Shown here: positions 29,096 through 37,637 of the stretch, in pieces
How the letters are laid out: each line of letters opens with the position of its first letter
How positions within the stretch are numbered: position 1 is the first letter of the stretch
Source: Fimbriimonadaceae bacterium
Lineage (GTDB): Bacteria > Armatimonadota > Fimbriimonadia > Fimbriimonadales > Fimbriimonadaceae
Length of the DNA: 64,000 nt
Direction of reading: 5' to 3'
NCBI GenBank assembly: GCA_019187105.1
Contig: JABAQM010000001.1
Coordinates: 2,012,734-2,076,733, forward strand
The notes under the pieces: generated by a model
Seen by the model: only the letters and a program-made list of their open reading frames with translations
Database searches by the model: none
What the model was told of the DNA's origin: nothing
Program-made: the position numbers and the translations under genes

Positions 29096-29153
29096 CAAAC
29101 AGCCGGTAACCACCGCACAAAGTAGCGCGTCAATTCATATGATTGGAGGGCTC

Positions 29154-29834
29154 ATGTCAATTTTCGCTTTCGCGCTTGCCGTCAGCACGGCACAACCGTT
29201 CGCCATTCCGGCCTTGTGGCTGACTACCGACGGGCAGATTCTCATCGACGGCAAGGAGTGCGCATACCGCGCCGATGCGCCCACCAAGAAGCTGGCCCGC
29301 AACGGCAATTTCGTGTGGGACTTCCAGCCAGGACGCGGCGGCATCTACCTCGGCGACCACCCGGCTCTCGCCATGACCGGTTCCATCACGGTCTCCACCA
29401 ACATTTTTCTGCGCTCCTATGTAAACGAGGGTCCCGGCGCCCAGATTCTGTTCCGCGGGGACGATCGGAATGGCCATGATCCCTACACGCTGGTGGTGCA
29501 TGGCGATGTGATCGAGTTTGGTATTCAGAACGAGCACGATCGTGGCCGCTGCGTCTTCGCAGAGGTCGAGCTCAACAAGTGGTATCACGTCCTTGCGAAC
29601 TTTGACAGCCGAACCGGTTACCTTGAGATGTGGCTGAACGGCGAGTTCGTCGGTGGCGGCAAGACCCAGTTCCGGCCCTTTGCCCAGCTTGAAGTCGGCG
29701 AGGCGCCCGGCGTTTCCATCGGCAACGTCCAGAATAACCTTGGGCGTCACAACCAGCCGTTGAACGGAATCATCAGCGACCTGCGGCTTTATCGCCAAGT
29801 GATGCGGCCCCGCGATTTGCAACTGACTCGCTAA
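29154..29834 (+). CDS. Secreted protein with concanavalin A-like/LamG-like jelly-roll features
   Basis: GGAGGG lies 4 nt upstream of ATG 29154, and there is a signal peptide, MSIFAFALAVSTAQP. The pattern WYHVLANFDSRTGYLEMWLNGEFVGG is typical of LamG or pentraxin-like lectin folds. Confidence 0.5.
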   Translation: MSIFAFALAVSTAQPFAIPALWLTTDGQILIDGKECAYRADAPTKKLARNGNFVWDFQPGRGGIYLGDHPALAMTGSITVSTNIFLRSYVNEGPGAQILFRGDDRNGHDPYTLVVHGDVIEFGIQNEHDRGRCVFAEVELNKWYHVLANFDSRTGYLEMWLNGEFVGGGKTQFRPFAQLEVGEAPGVSIGNVQNNLGRHNQPLNGIISDLRLYRQVMRPRDLQLTR

Positions 29835-29854
29835 CCTCTCCTTCAAGACATCAC

Positions 29855-29905
29855 TGAACCCAACCGCCCAGCTCATCGCTCTCCGGTGGCTGGGCTTTTT
29901 CTTGT
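29855..29905 (+). terminator. Probable intrinsic terminator
   Basis: A GCCCAGC...GCTGGGC stem is followed by TTTTTCTTGTTT. Confidence 0.45.
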
Positions 29906-29950
29906 TTCCGGTTGCTGCGGAGAGATCTTGTCACGCATACTTCTGGCGAA

Positions 29951-30502
29951 ATGAATTTCCATGCGTTTCATGAGGCTTGGCAACCTGGAGAACTGAATGC
30001 CGCCGGAACCCATTCTGACTGGATGATTTTGTCCACGTGGGATTTCATTGGCGACCGAATCTGGCTGGGCGACGCCTGCTTCTGGTCCTCAGAAGAGGAT
30101 GGTCTGTTCATCAAGCTGGCCCCATCGCGGTACCAGGTGGAAGTTCGTGTCGCGGACTATGGTTCGGAATGCCGCATCGCGGGGTTGCGAGCGTTCAGGG
30201 AGGGTGTCAAACCCAACTTGGGCACGGAGCTGGGCAAGACATGGGCGGATACCGGCACTCAGGGGTTTTGCGATGCCGCATCGTTTGCGGCGGCGACCCA
30301 AGAGATGACCGATGACGTTTCAGAAGCTGCTCAAGATGCGGGGTTGGTTGCCGCTATTTCCTTGCCCACGGGCCATACGATGTTCGTCGTCGAATGTGGA
30401 TTCGGGGATGGCGAGTGGCCGGTGTTCGACTTGAAGGATGGTCCAGATCAAGTGGGGTTTCAAGTGGACTTTATCAAGCCGGGAGAAGAGTTTCCTTTTT
30501 GA
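29951..30502 (+). CDS. Hypothetical protein
   Basis: A 183-aa ORF starting MNFHAFHEAW. No recognisable family was found. Confidence 0.45.
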   Translation: MNFHAFHEAWQPGELNAAGTHSDWMILSTWDFIGDRIWLGDACFWSSEEDGLFIKLAPSRYQVEVRVADYGSECRIAGLRAFREGVKPNLGTELGKTWADTGTQGFCDAASFAAATQEMTDDVSEAAQDAGLVAAISLPTGHTMFVVECGFGDGEWPVFDLKDGPDQVGFQVDFIKPGEEFPF

Positions 30503-30559
30503 ACGGTAGTCGGGCACTTATACGCCCATAACGGTAGGGTTGTTGTCGCCATCCTGACA

Positions 30560-30625
30560 AATGGCGCCGATCGAGTCGGTTTCAGGCGGACTTTATCGAG
30601 CCGGAGAGGAGGTTCCTTTTTAGCG
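30560..30625 (+). repeat. Degenerate duplicate of the 3' end of the 29951..30502 gene (gene-fragment remnant)
   Basis: The sequence gtcggtttcaggcggactttatcgagccggagaggaggttcctttttagcgag is about 80% identical to the last 55 nt of the upstream gene (gtggggtttcaagtggactttatcaagccgggagaagagtttcctttttgaacgg). It is out of frame and lacks a start codon. Confidence 0.4.
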
Positions 30626-30928
30626 AGCCGGTGATGGAGAGCGGCTGCACCTCAATTACCCGTAGGTCAGGGATTATCCACGGGATTCCGCCGGTAGCGT
30701 CTGTGCAGAAAATAGCAACCTCCCACAACCGCCCATCGTAATTAAGGGTGAACAGAGCAGCCCGTCGATGCAGCCACATCCGAAGATCGAAGGTGACCGG
30801 AGACAGCAGGGGAAAGCGACGACGCTCAATATCCGCTCTAGCGGACTGCATCGGTTCAAGCGACCGACATTGCGAAACACCCGAATCGTACAGGTAACGC
30901 CGGCATTGTCGGAAGCCTGGAGAAAGCG

Positions 30929-33073
30929 ATGCCCATTTGGGTAATTAACACCTTAACCACCATTCTGCTGCTGGTTGCAGCATTGCTCGTCCTTAAGTTC
31001 CTCCTCGGCCCGAGATTCATCGGAAACACCGAAGTCGGAATCGTCGAAAAGATCTGGGGTGGCGGACACCTCAACGGCCAGTTCATCGCCCTGAACAACG
31101 AAGCCGGCTTCCAGCCGGATGTTCTGCGGGGCGGCCTTCACTTCAAGCCGGGATATCGGTATCGAGTTCACCGAATGCCCTTGGTTACCATCCACCGTGG
31201 CCAGATCGGCTACGTGTTCGCGCGCGACGGTCAGCCCCTTGCGCGCTACTCCCAGGATGGAGTCGAGGTGGTGGAAGCCGGCCAGACTCTTGGGCGGGTC
31301 GTCCACAACGGCGACTTCACCAACGTCAGGGCATGGCTGCGCGCTGGTGGCCAGAAGGGCCCCCAGCGGGCGATCCTTCGTGAGGGAACCTATGCGATCA
31401 ACCTTGCCCAGTTCATCGTGATTTGCGGTCCCAAGGAGGTCTATCAGCTTCCGCTTGGCGGGAAGGACGAGCTGGCCACCGTCCAGCGCATGGCCATGGA
31501 GATCGCCCAAGAAGATGGCTTCGCCCCGATCGTGATCGACGGCTCCATGGACCAGATCGGCATTGTCACGGTTCACGACGGACCGTCCCTCCGCCAGGGC
31601 GACATCATCGCTCCAACCGTCGGCGACAACAAGACGGATGAGAACTACCACAACAACTTCCAAGATCCGCAAGCCTTTCTAAAGGCGGGCGGCTTCCGGG
31701 GCCGACAGTACCAGGTGCTTTCCGAGGGCACGTACTGGATCAACCGACTCTTTGCCACCGTCGAGCTGAAGCCGAAAACCCAGGTGAAGGTCGGAGAGGT
31801 CGGGGTCGTGGTCTCCTATTATGGTGAGCGCGGCGAGGACGTATCCGGTGATGCGTTCCGGCACGGAGAGCTCTGCAAGAAGGGTGGCCGCGGCATCTGG
31901 GATGAGGCGCTGCTGCCGGGAAAGTACGCCTTCAACCCTTATGCGGGCGAAGTCATCATGGTGCCGACGATCAACATCATCCTGAAGTGGATCGCCCAGG
32001 ATATCGGCGAACATCGGCTCGATGCGAGCCTTAGGGAAATCGGACTCATCACGAAGGACGCTTTCGAACCGGAACTGCCCTTGTCGGTGGTCATCAACAT
32101 CGACTATCAGAAGGCGCCCAGCGTCATCCAGCGGTTCGGCAGTGTGCGGAACCTGATCGAGCAGAGCCTGGATCCGCTCGTCTCGAGTTACTTCAAGAAC
32201 CAGGGGCAGCAACGAACCCTGATCGAGCTCATCCACGACCGGAACGAGATTCAGGCGACCGCCACTCACGATATGAAGACGCGGTTCCTGGATTACGACC
32301 TCGGCCTGCAGGAAGTGCTTATCGGTACGCCGCACTCCAAGGTCGGCGATGGCCAGATCGAGACGATCCTGAACCAACTGCGCGAGCGTCAGCTCGCGGT
32401 CGAGCAGCTCGAGACATTCAAGCGCCAAGAGGAAGCCCAGGCGGGCTTGCGAAAGCTCAACGAGGCCGCCGCGGCGGCGAGCCGACAGACTGCACTGACC
32501 GAATCCAAGGTGCAGATCGAGATCGAAGTCAACCAGGCGGACGCGGCTGCCAAGCGCGCCGAGAAGGACGCGCAACGAGCGATCACGATTGCCGAGGCGG
32601 ACGCCAAGCAGGTCCTCCTTCGCGCGGACGCCGACTCCAAGCAAACGGTCATGCGAGCCAAGGCCGACTCCGAGAGGACGGTGCTTCTCGCAAGTGCTGA
32701 TGCCGAGAGCCGTGCTCGGGTGCAGATCGCCGAAGCGCTCGGTATCCGCGAGGTGCGTAAGGCGTATGGCTCGTCCTCGCTCATGGTCAAGCAGAAGATG
32801 ATCGGACAGCTGGCAGAAGCGCTCAAGGACATCAAACACCCTCTAGTCCCTCGAAGCGTCGTCCAAATGGGCGGGAATGGCCATGCGGAGGGAAACGCGG
32901 CCGGCGACAACGTGCTCACGCAGATGCTGACGCTGATGCTGACCGACAAGCTGGGTCTGACCGAGGCTGGTGCGGACGATAGCGCCGACGACATGGGACC
33001 CGAAGCCAAGGCGTACCTGAGGAAGATCATGGCCACGATGGATGAGGAGGCGAAAGCGGCGCTTCCTGTGTAA
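30929..33073 (+). CDS. Flotillin-like SPFH/band-7 domain protein (714 aa)
   Basis: An N-terminal TM segment, an SPFH domain and a long Ala, Glu and Gln-rich coiled-coil with EA-repeat character (AEADAKQVLLRADADSKQTVMRAKADSERTVLLASADAESRARVQIAEALG) are present. Confidence 0.8.
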   Translation: MPIWVINTLTTILLLVAALLVLKFLLGPRFIGNTEVGIVEKIWGGGHLNGQFIALNNEAGFQPDVLRGGLHFKPGYRYRVHRMPLVTIHRGQIGYVFARDGQPLARYSQDGVEVVEAGQTLGRVVHNGDFTNVRAWLRAGGQKGPQRAILREGTYAINLAQFIVICGPKEVYQLPLGGKDELATVQRMAMEIAQEDGFAPIVIDGSMDQIGIVTVHDGPSLRQGDIIAPTVGDNKTDENYHNNFQDPQAFLKAGGFRGRQYQVLSEGTYWINRLFATVELKPKTQVKVGEVGVVVSYYGERGEDVSGDAFRHGELCKKGGRGIWDEALLPGKYAFNPYAGEVIMVPTINIILKWIAQDIGEHRLDASLREIGLITKDAFEPELPLSVVINIDYQKAPSVIQRFGSVRNLIEQSLDPLVSSYFKNQGQQRTLIELIHDRNEIQATATHDMKTRFLDYDLGLQEVLIGTPHSKVGDGQIETILNQLRERQLAVEQLETFKRQEEAQAGLRKLNEAAAAASRQTALTESKVQIEIEVNQADAAAKRAEKDAQRAITIAEADAKQVLLRADADSKQTVMRAKADSERTVLLASADAESRARVQIAEALGIREVRKAYGSSSLMVKQKMIGQLAEALKDIKHPLVPRSVVQMGGNGHAEGNAAGDNVLTQMLTLMLTDKLGLTEAGADDSADDMGPEAKAYLRKIMATMDEEAKAALPV

Positions 33074-33082
33074 AGGACCAGG

Positions 33083-33102
33083 GGTCGGGAGCGATCCCGA
33101 CC
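33083..33102 (+). other. Stable GNRA-capped hairpin downstream of the flotillin gene
   Basis: GGTCGGGA-GCGA-TCCCGACC, with no U-tract. Confidence 0.3.
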
Positions 33103-33136
33103 TCCAACCGCCGGTTCCGGGTAGGTTCAAGTTGAC

Positions 33137-33691
33137 GTGGTTGGATTCGTAGCGATTGGGATTTCGGCGGCGGCGCTGGGTGTGGCGGTGACGGTTGCGG
33201 TGCGGATGCAGCAACTGCGGTACCCACACTGGGAGGAAGCGCCACCAGCCCTGGATAAGGCGCCCGAGTCGTTGCCGCCGAAAGAACCGCGGTTGCAGCA
33301 ACTGCGCGTCGCTCTCGCGATCGACCAAGACTATCCTCATCCGGCCTTCGCAAACCTCGTTCGCGAGATGCTGTTTCAGGAAGATGCTGTGGAAGTGAGC
33401 CTGATAAGCCGCTCAGAAGCGGAAGCGCTTACGAGTGCTTGGCCGCCGTCGCTGGATCTCCTCATCGACGGGACGGTCCGCTGCAATGGCTATGCGGAGA
33501 TCTACTACGAGGCCGAATTCCAAAGCCGGACGCCGCGAGGGGCGCTCTGCACCCTTATCGAAAGGCCGCCTCATGGCGACCGCCCCGTGAACCTCGCCAT
33601 CGAACTGGTGGATAGGATTGCCCGGGAGTATCGCAAGTCTCTCGACCAAGGTGAGCGCCGAGCTGCCTTGAAAGAGTTGGGCAACCCCTGA
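33137..33691 (+). CDS. Hypothetical membrane-anchored protein
   Basis: GTG start with one N-terminal TM helix (VGFVAIGISAAALGVAVTVAV). It runs co-directionally immediately after the flotillin gene. Confidence 0.45.
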   Translation: MVGFVAIGISAAALGVAVTVAVRMQQLRYPHWEEAPPALDKAPESLPPKEPRLQQLRVALAIDQDYPHPAFANLVREMLFQEDAVEVSLISRSEAEALTSAWPPSLDLLIDGTVRCNGYAEIYYEAEFQSRTPRGALCTLIERPPHGDRPVNLAIELVDRIAREYRKSLDQGERRAALKELGNP

Positions 33692-33695
33692 TGCG

Positions 33696-36413
33696 TTAGG
33701 GAGCGAGTGAGGCCGCACCCAGGCCTCGCAGCTCTTCTTCGGCAGATGCGGCGCCACTCTCGTCGCCTAGCTCCCGCCGTATGGCCAGACACTCGTCGAG
33801 ATAGCCACGCGCTTCCCCATGATGTGCCTGAATGACGGCTACGCGGGCAAGCTTTGACAGCGCGGAGGCCGCTCCCGAACGGTCCCCAAGGTCCCGCAAG
33901 ATCGACAAGCTCTCATTAAGATGGGCGCGGGCTTCGTCGAGCCGGCCAAGCTCGCGACAGGTGGCGCCGAGGGTATTCAAAGTCAGCGCTTGCCCGCGGC
34001 GGTCGCCGAGATCCCGAAACAATCCGATGCTTTCCATCAGGAGGTCGTATGCCCTCTCGTGCTGACCGAGCTCGGTCGCGACATCCCCGAGGTTGTTAAG
34101 CGTGTGCGCCACCCCGCGTTTGTCGCCGAGCTCGCCAAAGATAGCGCGGCTCTCTTCGAGTAGGCCACCAGCCTCAGCGAGGTTGCCGAGTGCATGGGCG
34201 ACGTTGGCGAGATTATTGAACGAGATCGCGATGCCGATGCGGTCGCCAATCTCCCGCTTGAGGTTGAGACTCTCCTCGTGGAGTCGGCGGGCCTCGTCAT
34301 AGTTGGCGCGGGAACACTCGACCAACCCCAGATTGTTGAGCGACGTTGCCACTGCTTCCCGGTCATCAAGTGCGCGAGCGATGGCGAGACTCTCTTGGTG
34401 AAGCCGTAGGGCTTCGGCGTGGCCTCCCTGTTGCCAGGCAAGGACCCCCGCACCGGACAGCCCCTTCGCACGAATTTGATCCTGCTGAGATTGGGAGGCA
34501 GCCAGCGTTCGCGCCAGCCAATCCCGCCCTTCGGTAAGGTGGCCACGGACGCCCCAAAAACGCCATATTGTCGCCGCCAGCCGGAGGCCCTGTGCCGCCG
34601 ATTCCGGCGAGGCAATGCTCCAGGAGAGGGCTGCGCGAAAGTTGTCATGTTCGGATTCCAGCCGGTCCAGCCAGCGAACCTGCTGCGCTCCGCGAAGGTG
34701 CGGCTCCGCCTGCTCGGCCAGGGCGACGAAATACTCAAGGTGGCGATCCTGCCAATGGTCGGCCTCTTCTGCTTCCTCGATCCGATCGCGGGCATACTCG
34801 CGTACGGTCTCAAGCAGACGGTAGCGGGTCGATCCCTGTTGCTGCTCAGCTACCGCCAGGCTCTTATCGCCCAGGGAAGTCAGCAATTCAAGCACCTCCC
34901 AATCCTCGATAGGGTCGCCCGAGCATACGGCTTCGGCTCCTTCCAAGGTCCACCCGCCGGCGAAGACGGCGAGCCTTCGCAGCAATGCCTTCTCGTTATC
35001 GGTTAAGAGGTCATAGCTCCAGTCGATGAGCGATCTCAGAGTCTGCTGCCGCGGCAGTGCCGTCCGCGAGCCACCAGTCAGCAACCGGAACCGCTGATCC
35101 AGGCGGTTGTTGATTTCCTCGACCGATAAAGAGCGTACGCGGGCGGCTGCCAGCTCGATCGCGAGAGGAATGCCGTCGAGTCGGTGGCAGATCGAGGCAA
35201 GGGCTGGAGCGTTTTCGTTCGTTACCTCAAACGAGACCTGTGTTTGGAGGGCGCGGTCGATGAAGAGTCGAACCGCCTCATAGTGCGAAAGGCTTTCTGC
35301 CGTCTGGGGCTTTCTGGGGTCTGGCAACGTGAGCGACGGCACGCGGAAGGTCGTTTCAGCAGTGATGCCCAGCGACTCGCGGCTGGTTGCGAGGATGCGG
35401 AGACGGGGGCATTGGCGCAGAAGGCCGTCGGAAAAGGTTGCACAGGCAGCCAAGAGGTGCTCGCAGTTGTCGAGCACCAAAAGCAGGACTTTGTGCTTCA
35501 GGTGGTCGATCAGGGTCTGCGCCATTGGCTTGCCTGGCTCCTCCTTGAGGCTGAGAGCCGAGGCGATCGTGTTCGGAACGAGGGCGGGGTCCGCCAGGGA
35601 AGCCAGCTCGACGAGCCACACTCCATCGGCGCATTCATCGAGCATATCGGCGGCGACCTGGATTGCCAATCGGGTCTTGCCACTGCCGCCCGATCCGGTC
35701 ATGGTGAGCAACCGGGCTTTGGAAAACAGCCCCTTTATCTCCCGCAGCTCGTTGACCCTTCCCACAAAGCTGGTCACCTGCTGGGGAAGGTTGTGCTTCA
35801 GGTCAGGATGATCGAGGGTTCGAAGGGGAGGAAACTGAAAGGGCAGATCAGGATGGTCGAGCTGGTAGATCGTTTCCGGCCTGCCGAGGTCCTTGAGCCG
35901 GTGCTCGCCAAGATCGCGGGGGGTTACGTCCTCAGGAAGGAAGTCGCGTATCAGCTCGTAGGTTCCCAGCGAAACCAAGGTCTGGCTGCCATGGGCGGCC
36001 GCAAGCATACGGGCAACGCGATTGACGGCCGGGCCGAAGTAGTCGTTTTCCCGGCTTTCGACCGAACCGGTATGGATCGCCATCCGCACCTTCATCGGAG
36101 TCTCTCTAGCCCACGTTTCAGACTGAAGTTCGCGCTGCGCGGAGATCGCAGCCTCTGCGGCATCCTGAGCCGCGTCGAAGGCTGCGCAGAAGGAGTCGCC
36201 GATCGTCTTGAAAACGAAGCCGCCCCGGGCTTCGATCGCGTTTCTTACGATGGCGTCGTGACGGCCCAGCGAGGATTGCATCACCTGGGGGTGGGATTCC
36301 CATATCCTGGTGCTGCCCTCGATATCCGTGAACAGGAATGTCACGGTTCCAACTGGTCGGCGCCCTCCCGGCATCCTATCCATGTTACTGCCTGGACCCG
36401 GTCCTTCATTCAA
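33696..36413 (-). CDS. Class III adenylate/guanylate cyclase domain fused to NB-ARC/STAND-type ATPase and a TPR repeat array
   Basis: Cyclase motifs: FTDIEGST, FKTIGDSF, DYFGPAVNRVARM. Walker A: LTMTGSGGSGKTRLA. More than 8 C-terminal TPR-like repeats carry recurring LNNLG/LNTLG...GDxxxA patterns. No C-terminal HTH was seen. Confidence 0.8.
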   Translation of the reverse strand: MNEGPGPGSNMDRMPGGRRPVGTVTFLFTDIEGSTRIWESHPQVMQSSLGRHDAIVRNAIEARGGFVFKTIGDSFCAAFDAAQDAAEAAISAQRELQSETWARETPMKVRMAIHTGSVESRENDYFGPAVNRVARMLAAAHGSQTLVSLGTYELIRDFLPEDVTPRDLGEHRLKDLGRPETIYQLDHPDLPFQFPPLRTLDHPDLKHNLPQQVTSFVGRVNELREIKGLFSKARLLTMTGSGGSGKTRLAIQVAADMLDECADGVWLVELASLADPALVPNTIASALSLKEEPGKPMAQTLIDHLKHKVLLLVLDNCEHLLAACATFSDGLLRQCPRLRILATSRESLGITAETTFRVPSLTLPDPRKPQTAESLSHYEAVRLFIDRALQTQVSFEVTNENAPALASICHRLDGIPLAIELAAARVRSLSVEEINNRLDQRFRLLTGGSRTALPRQQTLRSLIDWSYDLLTDNEKALLRRLAVFAGGWTLEGAEAVCSGDPIEDWEVLELLTSLGDKSLAVAEQQQGSTRYRLLETVREYARDRIEEAEEADHWQDRHLEYFVALAEQAEPHLRGAQQVRWLDRLESEHDNFRAALSWSIASPESAAQGLRLAATIWRFWGVRGHLTEGRDWLARTLAASQSQQDQIRAKGLSGAGVLAWQQGGHAEALRLHQESLAIARALDDREAVATSLNNLGLVECSRANYDEARRLHEESLNLKREIGDRIGIAISFNNLANVAHALGNLAEAGGLLEESRAIFGELGDKRGVAHTLNNLGDVATELGQHERAYDLLMESIGLFRDLGDRRGQALTLNTLGATCRELGRLDEARAHLNESLSILRDLGDRSGAASALSKLARVAVIQAHHGEARGYLDECLAIRRELGDESGAASAEEELRGLGAASLAP

Positions 36414-36522
36414 GTTTCATGCAGTTTCGCGCGGGTTTTGCCAAGTGCGGGAGCCAGTCCTGCCGGGCTGCCTTGAGTCACCCACTCCCAAGGGTATGTG
36501 GGCTGGACGTTAGAAATAGTAG

Positions 36523-36822
36523 ATGAAAGCGCTCTCATCGCCCCATGTCGAGATCCTGCCGATGCCGGATAAGGTAGTTGAACCGCCAAGATCCATCCGC
36601 AAGCATGCCGCCGGCGCGGAAGGTGTCGGCCTGATGGGCCTCGGCATCTTTGCGGTCGGAGCGGTCACATTTGGAGCCCTCGCAATCGGGGCGCTCGCCA
36701 TCGGGAGGCTCGTCATTGGCAGGACCAAACTGAAGTCGGTTGAGGTCGAGGACCTCACAATCGGACGAATCATCGTTCACGACCTGAGGTTGCCGGACCA
36801 CCATCCCGACGCCCATGACTGA
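36523..36822 (+). CDS. Hypothetical small protein with a Gly/Ala-rich hydrophobic segment
   Basis: 99 aa, with GLMGLGIFAVGAVTFGALAIGALAIGRLVIG. Its stop overlaps the SDR start by 8 nt. Confidence 0.35.
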   Translation: MKALSSPHVEILPMPDKVVEPPRSIRKHAAGAEGVGLMGLGIFAVGAVTFGALAIGALAIGRLVIGRTKLKSVEVEDLTIGRIIVHDLRLPDHHPDAHD

Positions 36823-37591
36823 CCTGGCCGGCAAAGTGGCCCTGGTAACCGGCGCGGGTTCCGGCCTTGGCGAAGCCACCGCGAAACTACTGGCCGAGCG
36901 GGGCGCGCGGGTCGGCTTGCTGGGGAGAACGGAAGACGAGCTCTTGGAAGTGAAGAAGGCGATTGGCACTAGCGGCCTCGTTCTGCCTGCCGATGTCTCG
37001 AAGGAAGCGGATGTGCGGGATGCCTGCAACCGTCTGGCGACTGAATACGGCACATTGGATATCGTCTTCGCCAACGCCGGCATTAACGGGGTCTGGGCGC
37101 CGCTGCAAGACCTGAAGTTCGAGGAGTGGCGGGAAACCCTCGCGATCAACCTGGACGGTACGTTCCTTACCTTGAAGTACTCCGTGCCCTATCTGATGGG
37201 TCATGGGGGTTCGGTGATTATCACGTCTTCGGTGAATGGGACTCGGATGTTTTCAAACACCGGCGCGACCGCCTACTCGTGCAGCAAGGCCGCCCAGGTG
37301 GCGATGGCCAAAATGCTCGCGCTCGAGCTGGCTAAGCACCGGATCAGAGTGAATGTGATTTGTCCGGGGCGTATCGAATCAGAGATTCGGGACAACACGG
37401 AAAAGCGCAACGTGGAACAAGTCGAAGAAAAGGTCGAATATAAGCAGGGCGAGATCCCGCTCACGAGGGGCGAGGCCGGTACGGCGGAGCAGGTCGCCCA
37501 GTTGGTGGCTTTTCTGGCCAGCGAGGAGTCGACCCATATCACCGGAACCGAGATCTTTATCGACGGCGCCCAGTCGCTTCTGGTGGGATAG
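36815..37591 (+). CDS. SDR family oxidoreductase
   Basis: KVALVTGAGSGLGEA (the TGxxxGxG motif) and the YxxxK context YSCSKAA are present. Confidence 0.85.
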   Translation: MTDLAGKVALVTGAGSGLGEATAKLLAERGARVGLLGRTEDELLEVKKAIGTSGLVLPADVSKEADVRDACNRLATEYGTLDIVFANAGINGVWAPLQDLKFEEWRETLAINLDGTFLTLKYSVPYLMGHGGSVIITSSVNGTRMFSNTGATAYSCSKAAQVAMAKMLALELAKHRIRVNVICPGRIESEIRDNTEKRNVEQVEEKVEYKQGEIPLTRGEAGTAEQVAQLVAFLASEESTHITGTEIFIDGAQSLLVG

Positions 37592-37637
37592 GGATTGCAG
37601 AGAGCGACGAGATTTCACTGCGACTCATAATCCTCGC

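Noticed and set aside
30582-30851. 89-aa minus-strand ORF in the long spacer upstream of the flotillin gene
   Set aside because: It has no motif and no ribosome-binding site, and it overlaps the decayed gene-fragment duplicate. It is more likely non-coding.
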